Source: an uncultured virus (IMG/VR IMGVR_UViG_3300022936_000008)
Taxonomy: Duplodnaviria > Heunggongvirae > Uroviricota > Caudoviricetes
Direction: 5' to 3' (one strand)
DNA length: 20,000 nt
IMG/VR virus record: IMGVR_UViG_3300022936_000008
The translations under genes were made by a program, and so were the position numbers. The notes below the pieces were generated by a model. The model saw nothing but the letters and a program-made list of their open reading frames with translations, had not been told where the DNA came from and searched no databases. Position 1 is the stretch's first letter; the number at the start of each line of letters is the position of its first letter. Below, piece by piece: positions 1-9,733 of the stretch.

Positions 1-3000
1 ATTTGAAAGCATTTTATTCACTCCCTCATTCTTAACAGGTATTTCGACCGTAAATGGGAACTTCTCGCCGTAAAAAACTTGATATGAATTTCTTCTTAAT
101 AAGTGATTCCACAAGCTTTCTTTTTCTGTGCCGAAATTTTTACCTGTCTGGTAATATTCATTTTGACCTATGTAATACTCTGGCTTAAATGAGTAATATG
201 ACAACCAAGAGGCATCTGTTACTTTGTAGGCAATTGTCCAACTTACATCTTCAAAGTACTCTGCATCATCAAAATAAATCGCTACAGGTTCTTCTGCACA
301 ACTATCATAAAATCCAATTTCTTCATTATAGTCAAGACATTCTAAATTTTTAGCGATATAGTCTTTTTTTGTTATGAAAACCCTGTCAAAACGAGCATCC
401 CACCCCATAGATATTCCAATTCCTTTGTACTTATTATCAATATCTACATTTGGAAACTGTTTTAGTAGTTTAAACGGTAAATGCTCTTTAAACCAATTTT
501 TCATACCCGAGCTATCTTTTCCTATGAAATCTGAAATTGGTTGTAAATCTCTGCCTGTTTGGTCTAATTGGAAAATTTTACCTCTTTGTGCATCCACTGT
601 ATAATGCCCATATGGTGTGCTAACCATATCGGTGTTTTGTGTACCCGCAAATCCTAAGTCAGTTGATTTAAACTCTAAAGGTCTTTTTTGGAATATCCCT
701 GCATTTCCAGTTTCAATGGTTATTTGGTTTTGCTGGTTTGACAAGGTGTCTATTGCATTAAATAAGACCTGTTGATTTTCAAATCTTCCTAATATTGTAG
801 CAGATTCTAAATCTTTTAAATGGATTAAATTACCATATTTTTTAGGAAATTCATATTTATCCAAGGCTCTGTATATTAACCAAGGATCAAAACTATCATT
901 TTCTGAATTGTCTTGCAGTGAATATATTACATTGTTATTAGCTATTCTTTTTTTCTCCTCTATTTCAGAACTATAATTGTCCGGCCACAATCTTGTATCA
1001 AAAGTGGTTCGTGTTACAGGTCGAGAATATACATTATTATATTGAAATTTTTCAACTTCTGTTATAGATACGTTTTTTTCTTGAGTCCATTCGATAATAT
1101 CTCCCACATTTGATGCGAAACTATCTTTTGGTTCTAAGCCTCCATATCTAAAATTAGTGTTTATTTCAGTTTCACACAAAATGTTAGGTATGCCGTAATA
1201 ATAAAGATAGAATTTACTTGGGCTTCTAACATACATATCTCGCGTGCCTGCCTGACAATCAAAATTATAGTCACTGTTAATATCAGGAAATACTAAACTT
1301 TCTACGCTAGACTCGCCACCTACTTCATAATCACACCAAAACAAAGGTGCTCCTATGTTAATATATTGTCTATAATTAAACGGAGTCAAAGATGCTACTT
1401 GCATTGCGTCTTCTGAAAAAATAGGCATCTTTCTTTTTAATTCATAACGGGAAATAAAAATATCCCCGCCAAAAATGGAATTACAGGAAGTTTGAGGCTC
1501 TAATAGATTTCCTTTGTATCCTGTGAACAGCCAATTGATACTTCCTATTGTACCGTATTGTCCTGAAGTATAGTTTTTTAATTTTACATATGGAGAGGCG
1601 ATGTTTTTCATTAATTCCTCCCCTTGTCCATCTGCACAGTTGCCTAGCTCACCTGCAAAAGACATACTTGAAACAGAGGTGTCAATTTTATTATTATCGT
1701 AGTTTGCGTATTCATCTTCCCAAGTTAGTGGAAACTCTCTACCTAAAGATAGAAATACACTCCTCTCTCTTTTTTTATTGTTAATTGAAATTTTTTCTCC
1801 GTTAACTTCGTTTATTGTTTTGAAAGTACCTTCCCTTAAATTTTTACCTACATTAATACCTCTAACTAGATTGTTTTCCTCTTGGATTGGTCTTAAGTAA
1901 TTGTAAAATCCCTCAGATGTGTAATAGTATGCAAAATTTCTTGGACTTCCTAAGTTTCTGAATGTTTGTAGCCATTCATACCTATATCTGCCTATCCTAA
2001 CAACTGTTGATAATGCTCCTGTAACTGCTGATATAATACCAAGAACAATACCTGCAACGTTAAAAATAGCAGTTAGTCCAAATCCTAATTGAAAAGTTTC
2101 TGCTGAATTTGCTGTTTCTGCTGCTAATTCTGATGCGGCTTCTAATCCTGCAAGTCTTAATGCTAAATCTTTTGATTTTGCACCTAGAATAACCCATCTC
2201 GGATGGTCTTTGACTTCTGCAAAATTACCTTTAGATCTGCCGAAAACATACCCTTCTACTTTTAATTCAGATGGGATTACTATTTTTTCAAAGTCTGTCT
2301 CAGGCGAGTGAAAAGTAAAATTATGGTTGGATTCTCCATTGAAATCCAATTGGTTTAATTTATCAACTCCTAAATCATTATAAGGGTAATTTGCATATAA
2401 AGTTTGTCCTGCTAACCTCATATCATAAAGATATCCACTTGCAATTACACTTTTATTGCCTATTCTATCACTCCTTACCACTTCATAGCTTACTAACTCA
2501 TCTCTTTCTTTTTGAGTTAATAAATCATTTTCAACAGCTATGTCTAAGAAAACATTTATAATATTCTCATCTATAGATACACCTAGTGGGAAAATTATCG
2601 AGGAAGCAAATGGTGCTAAAGATGTGCTCCACATAAAAGGTGCTACTTTATTATCCGGCATTTTAAAATGTCTAATGGGTTTGCACCTGAAGTCAATTAA
2701 AGAGCTACCGTTGCCATCCTCTGCCCAAATGTAATTTCCATCTACATCAACACCTGTTGTGAATTCATCTTCAAATCTTGCTAATTGACTGTCTGATAAA
2801 GCCTCTAATGAGGTCGGTTTTATTTTTAATCTCGCCGAATTATAAAGTTCTGCATTATCTGGGTACACTTCTTCACTTTCCCAATATGCAAACTCACCTT
2901 GTCTGTAAGGTAACGCTTTGCAACTTTGAACAATAGGGACTTCATATTGACAAGTTGAAGTGTAAGTTTCTTTTTTATCTAAGGTTATTGATGTATATTC

Positions 3001-5607
3001 AATATCTATCCTAGAATATTCTATATTTCTTGTTACAATAGAAAAACAGCCATCTGTAGGTGCTGTTCTATACTTAAGTACAACTCCGCCAACCTCGCCG
3101 CAATCTGGTTTCCAAAATTCTGTAACTATTTTATTGTCGATTGCAATATAAAAATCTGCACCTGTGAATACTCCTAAATTTTCCACAGTCACTACATCGC
3201 TGTCATTTGTATAAGTGATGATTAGTTCACCAGCCACTGTCTCAAACTTGTATAAATCTCCTTTTGTCAAATCTACGAGTTTTGCAAATAATGGCACTGT
3301 AGAATTACACTTATTGTACAAACTCATTCTGACTATTTGTCCATCAGCATTGCTATCATCAGGTGCGGGGTCTAATTGTTTTGAAATTTCCACTATCAGT
3401 GATGGCCTTTCGTTCATACTCCCTTTAAACCATAAAGCTCCTTTATGAAGTTTGTTTGACCAACCCGTACCTAAATCTACGGTTTCTTTTGTCAGTTCTA
3501 GGTCAATCTCTGCATCAGCTCCGTAATAATAGTGGGAGTAGGACAGCGATGGGTTGTTTACACTTGTTAAATTTTGTATTTCTTCGGCGGAAGCGCAAGA
3601 TATGTTAGAGCTGTTTTCATTTCTTTTAAATATGCCTCTTCTGTCGGTTGTATTGGCACATCCCATATAATCATTCTCGAATTCTACATCGCTTGGAGTG
3701 CTACCATCTGTGTTTATCAAATAAAGATTACAGCTTACAGGGGCTTTCATTCTGCCATAATCCGTCGGAAATTCTTTCTCTATTTTTGTTACTTTTTCTT
3801 TTCCATCGGGGCCATCTCCTGTAACGCTGCCTCTTCTGACTAATAATTCTTCTTTTGTAAGCGTTGGTTCACTACATCCCTCAAAAATCGGTTCACAATG
3901 TTCATCATTATAACAATTTTTGTCTATGTAGGCGCAAAATGGGTATGGGTTTCCAACAGGTGTTTCACAATCTACGCTTGCGCAATTTCCTGCAATAATT
4001 GTGTCAGCAATAAAATTTTCAAGAGTGTCGAATGTCTCGCCTGTTTCAATTGAAAATTGGGCGGGAGGTAAAACTGCAATTGAATCAATCAAACAGACTT
4101 TAGTTACTTCTTCTTCAACCGTATTGGTTGGTATATCGTCATTGGAGCAAAATTCGTCACTAAGTGCTGCATCATTATAATACTGCCAACGCTTAGTTCT
4201 TTCTGTTGTAATACAAGTGTTAAGGTTTGCCTCGATTGACATTCTATCGAGGGACTCTTCGTCTACCTCGGTTAAATCTATTTCGTTAGCCTGTCTACCT
4301 ATAAATGGAAAAATCCTTGATACACTTCCGTCTTTTGATAAGAACCTTGCCCCAAAAGCATACACTTCATCTCTGTTGTAGCCTTTGTAAATTGAAGTTG
4401 CAACCCCGTCTTTATAAAGATCCTCTTTTGCTATGGCTGTTTGCCATTTTAAATATTGAGAAAAGAGATTAACTACGGGCTGTAAATTGATTTCTCTTTT
4501 GGCTGTTGTTCCATACTGAAAAAGGTATCCATTGGACGCTACAAGACCTTTAACTTTATCATATCTTGTGCGGATTGATAATATATTTGAAAGTGTTGTA
4601 CGTTGCTTGTTGTTTTCCGAAGAATAGACAACTGTTTTGTCTGCCGTATTGTGTATTCCCTCAACAAAATAAGATTGTGCTTGTTGAACATCAGTTCTTT
4701 GTATAACAACCACCTTATAATAAGGGTATGTTAAGTCAAGACCCTCTACTTCTAACCTTATGGCATAATTAGTTTGAGAATCTAAATCAGGTTGGGTGAG
4801 GGTTCTGTTGTTTTGGTCAAATATTGAAATAGGGTTTGTTATGGAATAGTATTCAGATATTTCATTTCCTACTAAGTCGCAATACGCAACTAAAAATTCA
4901 TATGTACCTAATTTTAAATTACCTCCTAATTGAATTACAGCCGGGGTAATTTGCGGTATCTCATAATGAGGAAACACTCTCATTAAATCTACATCAAGGC
5001 AGACCTCTGTTGTACCGTCCTCACAAGGTATTGTTTTTTGATTGTATACTTCAAGGTTATCTAATTTGATGTATCTTGGTGGATTTCTTCTGTCTGTGAA
5101 ATATATTTGTAGCCCTACTTTTTCATCCTTTATTTCAATGGTCTTTATAGGAAAATTGATGTCAAAATTAAATGCTCCATTACAAGCATCATTTAAAAGC
5201 TCAACATAGGGATGTATAACTTGCTGTGTAATTTCTTCAAGAGGTGTCCCTAAAGAGTTATAAGAATTACAATCTTCGCATTCAGTTTGAATGTCATCTT
5301 CTTGTACATAATTTTGAGTTGTTTCTACATAGCCAAATGATGATAATTTAGTTTCCGGGTTAGTTAGAAAAAAATAAGTTCTTTCATTTTGCATATAGTA
5401 TTTATACCCAATAACTTTAAATCCCGCTGGGAATCTTGTTTCAAGGATATTTGAAGGTTCATTTGTAATGAAAGGCCTATCTCCTGTAGAAGTTTCAGAG
5501 TTACAGTTTAGGCAAAACGATGTTTCAGAGGGTTGTACCAAAGATGGATGAACTTCTCTGTTCATACCTGATTTTACGGGTTGACTTATCTCTTTGTTCT
5601 GTTTCAA
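1..5607 (-). CDS. Tail stabilisation / 'muzzle' protein of crAss-like phages (>1869 aa, 3'-truncated by the window edge)
   Basis: Absent from the ORF track, presumably because no stop codon lies in the window. Manual translation from TTG 5607 (alternative ATG 14 codons downstream) gives MKQNKEISQPVKSGMNREVHPSLVQ...NEPSNILETRFPAGFKVIGY. Internal blocks KGYNRDEVYAFGARFLSKDG, WQYYNDA, GEFAYWESEESYP and FYGEKFPFTVEIPV are all in one frame, and no stop was found in the segments I translated. Motifs and position after the tail tubular gene match crAss-like tail stabilisation proteins as I recall them. Confidence 0.85.
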   Translation of the reverse strand, partial: MKQNKEISQPVKSGMNREVHPSLVQPSETSFCLNCNSETSTGDRPFITNEPSNILETRFPAGFKVIGYKYYMQNERTYFFLTNPETKLSSFGYVETTQNYVQEDDIQTECEDCNSYNSLGTPLEEITQQVIHPYVELLNDACNGAFNFDINFPIKTIEIKDEKVGLQIYFTDRRNPPRYIKLDNLEVYNQKTIPCEDGTTEVCLDVDLMRVFPHYEIPQITPAVIQLGGNLKLGTYEFLVAYCDLVGNEISEYYSITNPISIFDQNNRTLTQPDLDSQTNYAIRLEVEGLDLTYPYYKVVVIQRTDVQQAQSYFVEGIHNTADKTVVYSSENNKQRTTLSNILSIRTRYDKVKGLVASNGYLFQYGTTAKREINLQPVVNLFSQYLKWQTAIAKEDLYKDGVATSIYKGYNRDEVYAFGARFLSKDGSVSRIFPFIGRQANEIDLTEVDEESLDRMSIEANLNTCITTERTKRWQYYNDAALSDEFCSNDDIPTNTVEEEVTKVCLIDSIAVLPPAQFSIETGETFDTLENFIADTIIAGNCASVDCETPVGNPYPFCAYIDKNCYNDEHCEPIFEGCSEPTLTKEELLVRRGSVTGDGPDGKEKVTKIEKEFPTDYGRMKAPVSCNLYLINTDGSTPSDVEFENDYMGCANTTDRRGIFKRNENSSNISCASAEEIQNLTSVNNPSLSYSHYYYGADAEIDLELTKETVDLGTGWSNKLHKGALWFKGSMNERPSLIVEISKQLDPAPDDSNADGQIVRMSLYNKCNSTVPLFAKLVDLTKGDLYKFETVAGELIITYTNDSDVVTVENLGVFTGADFYIAIDNKIVTEFWKPDCGEVGGVVLKYRTAPTDGCFSIVTRNIEYSRIDIEYTSITLDKKETYTSTCQYEVPIVQSCKALPYRQGEFAYWESEEVYPDNAELYNSARLKIKPTSLEALSDSQLARFEDEFTTGVDVDGNYIWAEDGNGSSLIDFRCKPIRHFKMPDNKVAPFMWSTSLAPFASSIIFPLGVSIDENIINVFLDIAVENDLLTQKERDELVSYEVVRSDRIGNKSVIASGYLYDMRLAGQTLYANYPYNDLGVDKLNQLDFNGESNHNFTFHSPETDFEKIVIPSELKVEGYVFGRSKGNFAEVKDHPRWVILGAKSKDLALRLAGLEAASELAAETANSAETFQLGFGLTAIFNVAGIVLGIISAVTGALSTVVRIGRYRYEWLQTFRNLGSPRNFAYYYTSEGFYNYLRPIQEENNLVRGINVGKNLREGTFKTINEVNGEKISINNKKRERSVFLSLGREFPLTWEDEYANYDNNKIDTSVSSMSFAGELGNCADGQGEELMKNIASPYVKLKNYTSGQYGTIGSINWLFTGYKGNLLEPQTSCNSIFGGDIFISRYELKRKMPIFSEDAMQVASLTPFNYRQYINIGAPLFWCDYEVGGESSVESLVFPDINSDYNFDCQAGTRDMYVRSPSKFYLYYYGIPNILCETEINTNFRYGGLEPKDSFASNVGDIIEWTQEKNVSITEVEKFQYNNVYSRPVTRTTFDTRLWPDNYSSEIEEKKRIANNNVIYSLQDNSENDSFDPWLIYRALDKYEFPKKYGNLIHLKDLESATILGRFENQQVLFNAIDTLSNQQNQITIETGNAGIFQKRPLEFKSTDLGFAGTQNTDMVSTPYGHYTVDAQRGKIFQLDQTGRDLQPISDFIGKDSSGMKNWFKEHLPFKLLKQFPNVDIDNKYKGIGISMGWDARFDRVFITKKDYIAKNLECLDYNEEIGFYDSCAEEPVAIYFDDAEYFEDVSWTIAYKVTDASWLSYYSFKPEYYIGQNEYYQTGKNFGTEKESLWNHLLRRNSYQVFYGEKFPFTVEIPVKNEGVNKMLSN

Positions 5608-5610
5608 TTT

Positions 5611-6471
5611 TTATCTTAGGCTAAATGCCGCAAAATCTTTGGCGTTCATATTTTTAAAATTCCTTACCCAATTCTTACCGAGTCCAGCCCATCTTGATTC
5701 TGTCAAGGCTGTTTTTTTATACTTTTCTGCGTCTACTCTATACATTTGTAAAAGTTGCCCTAATGCTTGCGGGTTTTGATTGTCTGCTATTAGGTTTTCC
5801 GCTATCCTGCTTTTTACGTATGCTTCCAAGTACTTTTCTAATGCGCCGATTTTTGTATCCGGTATAACAAGTTCTCCATCCTCATCTGTTGGAAATCCGT
5901 AATATTGTATATATACACTTCCATCACTGAAGTTGGTATTGAGTATATTACCTGTGATGTTTATTTGATTTTCATAAGTATTTCTTATCGATGGATGCAA
6001 ATTCATACAAGTTGGTGCAATCTTATCTTTTTTAATGCCTTTTGTTAAGGATAACCACTCAGGTTTATTGTAATAGAAATGCGCCGAAGAATTACCTATA
6101 GTAATGACATCTTCAATTATTTTAGTACGGCAATCCGTAACATATTCCATATTTATTTCATCAAAATAAGCTCCGTGTTCAATACGTCTTTTATAGATGA
6201 AAGAGTTTTGCAATTCATCTAATTCACCTTTTATTTTCTTTCCATAAGGCTTTACTTTAAGGGCTAATTTAAGGCTTCTAAAACTTGGGTCTAATTCGGC
6301 CGCAGAATTTTTAACTGTCAAGAACTGTTCTTTTAATTCCAAGCCATTATCGCCGAAAATTTTCATCTCATTAGTAACCCATCTTTTTATACTCACTCTG
6401 TCCAAGCTACCTGAGTCTGAAAAAGATCTGAAGTCGGATTCTATCTCTGCTATAAATTCATTTAAAGTCAT
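5611..6471 (-). CDS. Tail tubular / ring protein (crAss-like, P22 gp4-like class)
   Basis: 286 aa. Contains the YYGFPTDEDGELVIPD motif typical of crAss-like tail tubular proteins and lies directly upstream of the stabilisation protein. ATGA overlap with the upstream gene. Confidence 0.7.
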   Translation of the reverse strand: MTLNEFIAEIESDFRSFSDSGSLDRVSIKRWVTNEMKIFGDNGLELKEQFLTVKNSAAELDPSFRSLKLALKVKPYGKKIKGELDELQNSFIYKRRIEHGAYFDEINMEYVTDCRTKIIEDVITIGNSSAHFYYNKPEWLSLTKGIKKDKIAPTCMNLHPSIRNTYENQINITGNILNTNFSDGSVYIQYYGFPTDEDGELVIPDTKIGALEKYLEAYVKSRIAENLIADNQNPQALGQLLQMYRVDAEKYKKTALTESRWAGLGKNWVRNFKNMNAKDFAAFSLR

Positions 6472-6911
6472 CCTCTTCGTTGCATTTGTTTTTTATTTTG
6501 TAAACTTTTAATTATAGATAGGTGGCATTTGTATCTCTTATTCCAACGAATTGCCTTCTCAGTGTGAAAGCTAAATGTATAATCCATAGACCACATTTTA
6601 AACCTGTCAATGGGGAAAAATACAGGAAAATAGTAGTGATCTTTTTTAAAGTCCGCTAACTTTTTAGGACTTCTTATCTTTCTAACTTTAGGTTTTGAAA
6701 GAATATTGCAAAAGTATCCCACTCCTTCAATATATACTCCCCCCTCACTGTTGACAAGTTGTCTTTTAATTTCATAGAATATACCTGAAACAGCTTTTAC
6801 AAACAAGTTATATTGATTAATACCTTTACACTTCCTTTTTCTGTTTTTCTTAAAAAAGTCGTAGGCTTTTCTATCAGTGAGGGTACCCATTCTGGTGTAA
6901 TCTCTATCCAT
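6468..6911 (-). CDS. Basic IHF/HU-like DNA-binding protein
   Basis: 147 aa, very Lys/Arg-rich. EIKRQLVNSEGGVYIEGVGYF resembles the HU/IHF helix-strand-GFGxF segment. crAss-like phages carry IHF-like genes between their tail ring genes. Confidence 0.55.
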   Translation of the reverse strand: MDRDYTRMGTLTDRKAYDFFKKNRKRKCKGINQYNLFVKAVSGIFYEIKRQLVNSEGGVYIEGVGYFCNILSKPKVRKIRSPKKLADFKKDHYYFPVFFPIDRFKMWSMDYTFSFHTEKAIRWNKRYKCHLSIIKSLQNKKQMQRRG

Positions 6912-7569
6912 TTTCTACTCCATTTGGATTAGGGTCGGCCTGAATTTGTTTTGTAAAACCAAGCGTTTGTAATGTTTTATCTAAAACTGTTGATATTAGT
7001 TTATCGGGGATTATAAATGGGTAGTCCCAGCCTGATTTACATTCATCATTTTTACACCCGCACTCAACTTCATCCGGTTTTGTTGTTAAAAGTTCTAAAT
7101 CCAGTGAATATATTTCATAATCGGGTATATATAAATGATTGTCTGATCCTAAATAGAGATATCTGTCTGAGCTTATTGAATGCGCTCTTTTTTTGTTGCG
7201 CAAATATTGTTTGCTATCTAAGACTTTGAATTCATTTTGGTAGTCTAATGTATGTATAAATCTTATAGATGCCCCTAAACGGCTAAAAACAAGTTCAGGT
7301 AGTGGTTTTACACTTCTCATTAAGATATTACATAATGAAAATTCAACTAGAGGGCATTTTCTTTTCTCTACTGCCTTAAAGTCAACACATTCTATTTTTG
7401 TGTATAAGTTAGCTTCTTGTCCAATTGTACGGTCAAGTAGTTTCTGAGATATTAACTGTTTTGCATTTTCACGGGCTACAGAAAGTATATACCTCCTTGA
7501 TGTATGATTGTCTTTATTAAGTGACTTAATAGTGTTTACAATTTGTGAAGTCAGTTCTCCTTGTGTCAT
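6904..7569 (-). CDS. Virion ring / head-tail adaptor protein (crAss-like)
   Basis: 221 aa. N-terminal helices, Cys pairs and a C-terminal DYPFIIPDKLI...QIQADPNPNG segment. Synteny with the IHF-like, tubular and stabilisation genes. Confidence 0.55.
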   Translation of the reverse strand: MTQGELTSQIVNTIKSLNKDNHTSRRYILSVARENAKQLISQKLLDRTIGQEANLYTKIECVDFKAVEKRKCPLVEFSLCNILMRSVKPLPELVFSRLGASIRFIHTLDYQNEFKVLDSKQYLRNKKRAHSISSDRYLYLGSDNHLYIPDYEIYSLDLELLTTKPDEVECGCKNDECKSGWDYPFIIPDKLISTVLDKTLQTLGFTKQIQADPNPNGVENG

Positions 7570-7573
7570 GTTA

Positions 7574-7581
7574 CAAAAATA
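7574..7581 (-). promoter_or_regulatory. Bacteroidota primary-sigma promoter -7 element (TAnnTTTG)
   Basis: The minus strand reads TATTTTTG-TAAC-ATG, an exact TAnnTTTG match 4 nt upstream of the ATG at 7569 and just downstream of a terminator. No clear -33 TTTG was seen. Confidence 0.55.
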
Positions 7582-7625
7582 GGGGTTTACACTTACTTAA
7601 AAAAATTGGTAAAATTTATTCTAAT

Positions 7626-7655
7626 AAAAAGAGCGAAAGTTTCCAATCGCTCTTT
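7626..7655 (-). terminator. Rho-independent terminator
   Basis: Minus strand AAAGAGCGA-TTGGAAACTT-TCGCTCTTT-TT: 9-bp stem running into a U tract, 30 nt after the stop of the 594-aa gene. Confidence 0.75.
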
Positions 7656-7685
7656 CAATAAAAAAGGAAAAACCAAAAACCTCTT

Positions 7686-9470
7686 CTATGTTGTAGGCAC
7701 AACTGTTAACACATTTCCTGTTGTGTTTATGTACAAAGCTCCTTTTCCAAGGGCTGCCTCTGCACCAGCGGTGTCTAGTTTTGGTAAATTATACACTAAT
7801 TGGTTATTTATGAAGTTTAAAGTTCCTGTATACAACGCAACTAAATCTATTTTGTCATAGTCAATGTTGCCCGATGTTATAAAATTATTATTAAAGTATA
7901 TAGTATCCCACTTACCAGAAGATAAGTTGCTTTTAAAAATATCTCCTGCTGGTTCTCCTATTTCTCCTACATATATTACATCAAGTGTGGTGGAATTTAC
8001 CACAGATATTATTGGTTTTTGAGTTGTTGAAATATTATGAAAAAGGTTTCCTACTACACCATTGAGTAATGGAGCTACCATTCTTATATCTGCACGATTA
8101 TTGACTTCAAATGCTGCATCTACAATTTGGTTTCCATAAAAATAAAAATTGCAGTTTTTAAGTCTTGCAACTACTGTCCCGGAAAATTTAAAAGGTTTTG
8201 CGGTGGTGATGATATTTTGCCCTATTTCCCCATATGTAAATCCAACATTATCAAAATTTACAACCAATCCCTGTCCTATACCAGTGTTGGCCGCTCCAAT
8301 TTTAATAAGCGTTTGTTTTTTTGACATTATGGATATATTTCTTATATCAAATGTAGTGAGACTGTCATTACCATATCCACTCACACTGTTGAAATTAGAT
8401 TCTATGGCTGTATAGATGGTAGAATCCGTTTCTGTTGTATTGGTTTGTACTATTCTAGCACTATTGTCTCCATTGATATTAATTTGTTTAGCACTGGAAA
8501 AATTAGAACCGTTAAACGTTGAACCGTGATTTCTAAAACCATTTTTTACTAATTCCAACAAAGAATTAGCCTCCATAAACAGTTTAGTGCTAAAATAATT
8601 ATCATTTGAAAATAAGTCTAAATCCTGAAGCCACTCCGACGTTAACGGGTTGTGTACAAAACTAACTCCTTGTTCAAATTTTATATCAAGTTTCCAATAA
8701 TTGAAATCTCCTTGAAAAACATAATTTGAATTACTGTTTTGTATAATTATTTGATCTCCTGCTCTTTCAGGTTTAGTATCTACTGCATCCAACCCCCTTG
8801 TTCCGTTCCCTACATAAGCATCTAGTGCGTTTTGTACAGCACTGTTGGGGGTAATAGTAAAAGTAGTTGGTGTGGTATAAACTATTGTGTTTGTAAACGG
8901 ACGCGCTAGAGTTCCTTCTCCTTTATTCTTTCCTAGTAAGAATTCTTCATATCTAGGGATGTAACTTTGATTTACATATATATTTAATAGAGAACTACTT
9001 GGTAATTCTAATCTGGTACAACTACCTTCATTAGTTATTATAATACTGTCGGATATAATACAATTAGGATTATTCTCTTCCAAGTACTCGTCTAACCACT
9101 CTGGATTTACACTAAAAGTTATCTCATCAGTGTTTTCTGTGATTGTTATGCTTTCTGTTGTAGTTAAGCTTCTTAGTAATTTTGACCCGACCCCATTTAC
9201 ACCTTTATATACACCTGCGCCCGTTCCTACATTTAATATTGTAAAGAAACCTGCTAATAGGTCAAACTTATTGCATACAAATTCATCATATGATTCGAGG
9301 AATTGGGTTAGTGTAAGCCCGTTTTCTATGCCAGAACATTCAAATGTCCCATTATCAACTGTTATACAATCTGAGGCAAGTTTTACCGCGCACTCGCATT
9401 GTGGTCTTGAACAGTTGTTTTTACAAGTGCATTCGCATTCGTTGCAGTTATTATTACATTTATTACACAT
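7686..9470 (-). CDS. Tail fibre/spike with Cys-rich N-terminus and probable parallel beta-helix body
   Basis: 594 aa with 10 Cys in the first 35 residues. IYVN...GEGTLARPF is a beta-helix cap-like motif, followed by Asn/Ile/Gly-rich beta-strand repeats. Confidence 0.6.
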   Translation of the reverse strand: MCNKCNNNCNECECTCKNNCSRPQCECAVKLASDCITVDNGTFECSGIENGLTLTQFLESYDEFVCNKFDLLAGFFTILNVGTGAGVYKGVNGVGSKLLRSLTTTESITITENTDEITFSVNPEWLDEYLEENNPNCIISDSIIITNEGSCTRLELPSSSLLNIYVNQSYIPRYEEFLLGKNKGEGTLARPFTNTIVYTTPTTFTITPNSAVQNALDAYVGNGTRGLDAVDTKPERAGDQIIIQNSNSNYVFQGDFNYWKLDIKFEQGVSFVHNPLTSEWLQDLDLFSNDNYFSTKLFMEANSLLELVKNGFRNHGSTFNGSNFSSAKQININGDNSARIVQTNTTETDSTIYTAIESNFNSVSGYGNDSLTTFDIRNISIMSKKQTLIKIGAANTGIGQGLVVNFDNVGFTYGEIGQNIITTAKPFKFSGTVVARLKNCNFYFYGNQIVDAAFEVNNRADIRMVAPLLNGVVGNLFHNISTTQKPIISVVNSTTLDVIYVGEIGEPAGDIFKSNLSSGKWDTIYFNNNFITSGNIDYDKIDLVALYTGTLNFINNQLVYNLPKLDTAGAEAALGKGALYINTTGNVLTVVPTT

Positions 9471-9471
9471 A

Positions 9472-9708
9472 TTAGGTTTCTAATGCTTCAACTCTTAGTG
9501 TCAAAGCTGTTATCAATTGTTGTTTAGCTATTATTGCTGAAACAAGGGCTGTATTTATCTGAGATTGAGTTGAATTAATAGGTAAACCTAGATAAACTAT
9601 AGCTGCTTGTTGTACAATACAATCTGTTGAGTATAATCCATCAGGACAAGGTATTGACTCATCATTTGTTGGAATGTATACTATTTCTGGTGGGCAATCT
9701 TCTGGCAT
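9472..9708 (-). CDS. Small structural/fibre-base protein (Cx8CI motif plus coiled coil)
   Basis: 78 aa containing CPDGLYSTDCI and a C-terminal heptad LITALTLRVEALET. A-rich start context. Confidence 0.6.
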   Translation of the reverse strand: MPEDCPPEIVYIPTNDESIPCPDGLYSTDCIVQQAAIVYLGLPINSTQSQINTALVSAIIAKQQLITALTLRVEALET

Positions 9709-9733
9709 TTTTATTTTTTTTTTTTAATTTTTA

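Noticed and set aside
2899..4095. Intein in the muzzle insertion (CLIDSIAVL resembles an intein N-terminus)
   Set aside because: My translation of the insert shows no terminal His-Asn followed by Cys/Ser/Thr and no LAGLIDADG motifs.
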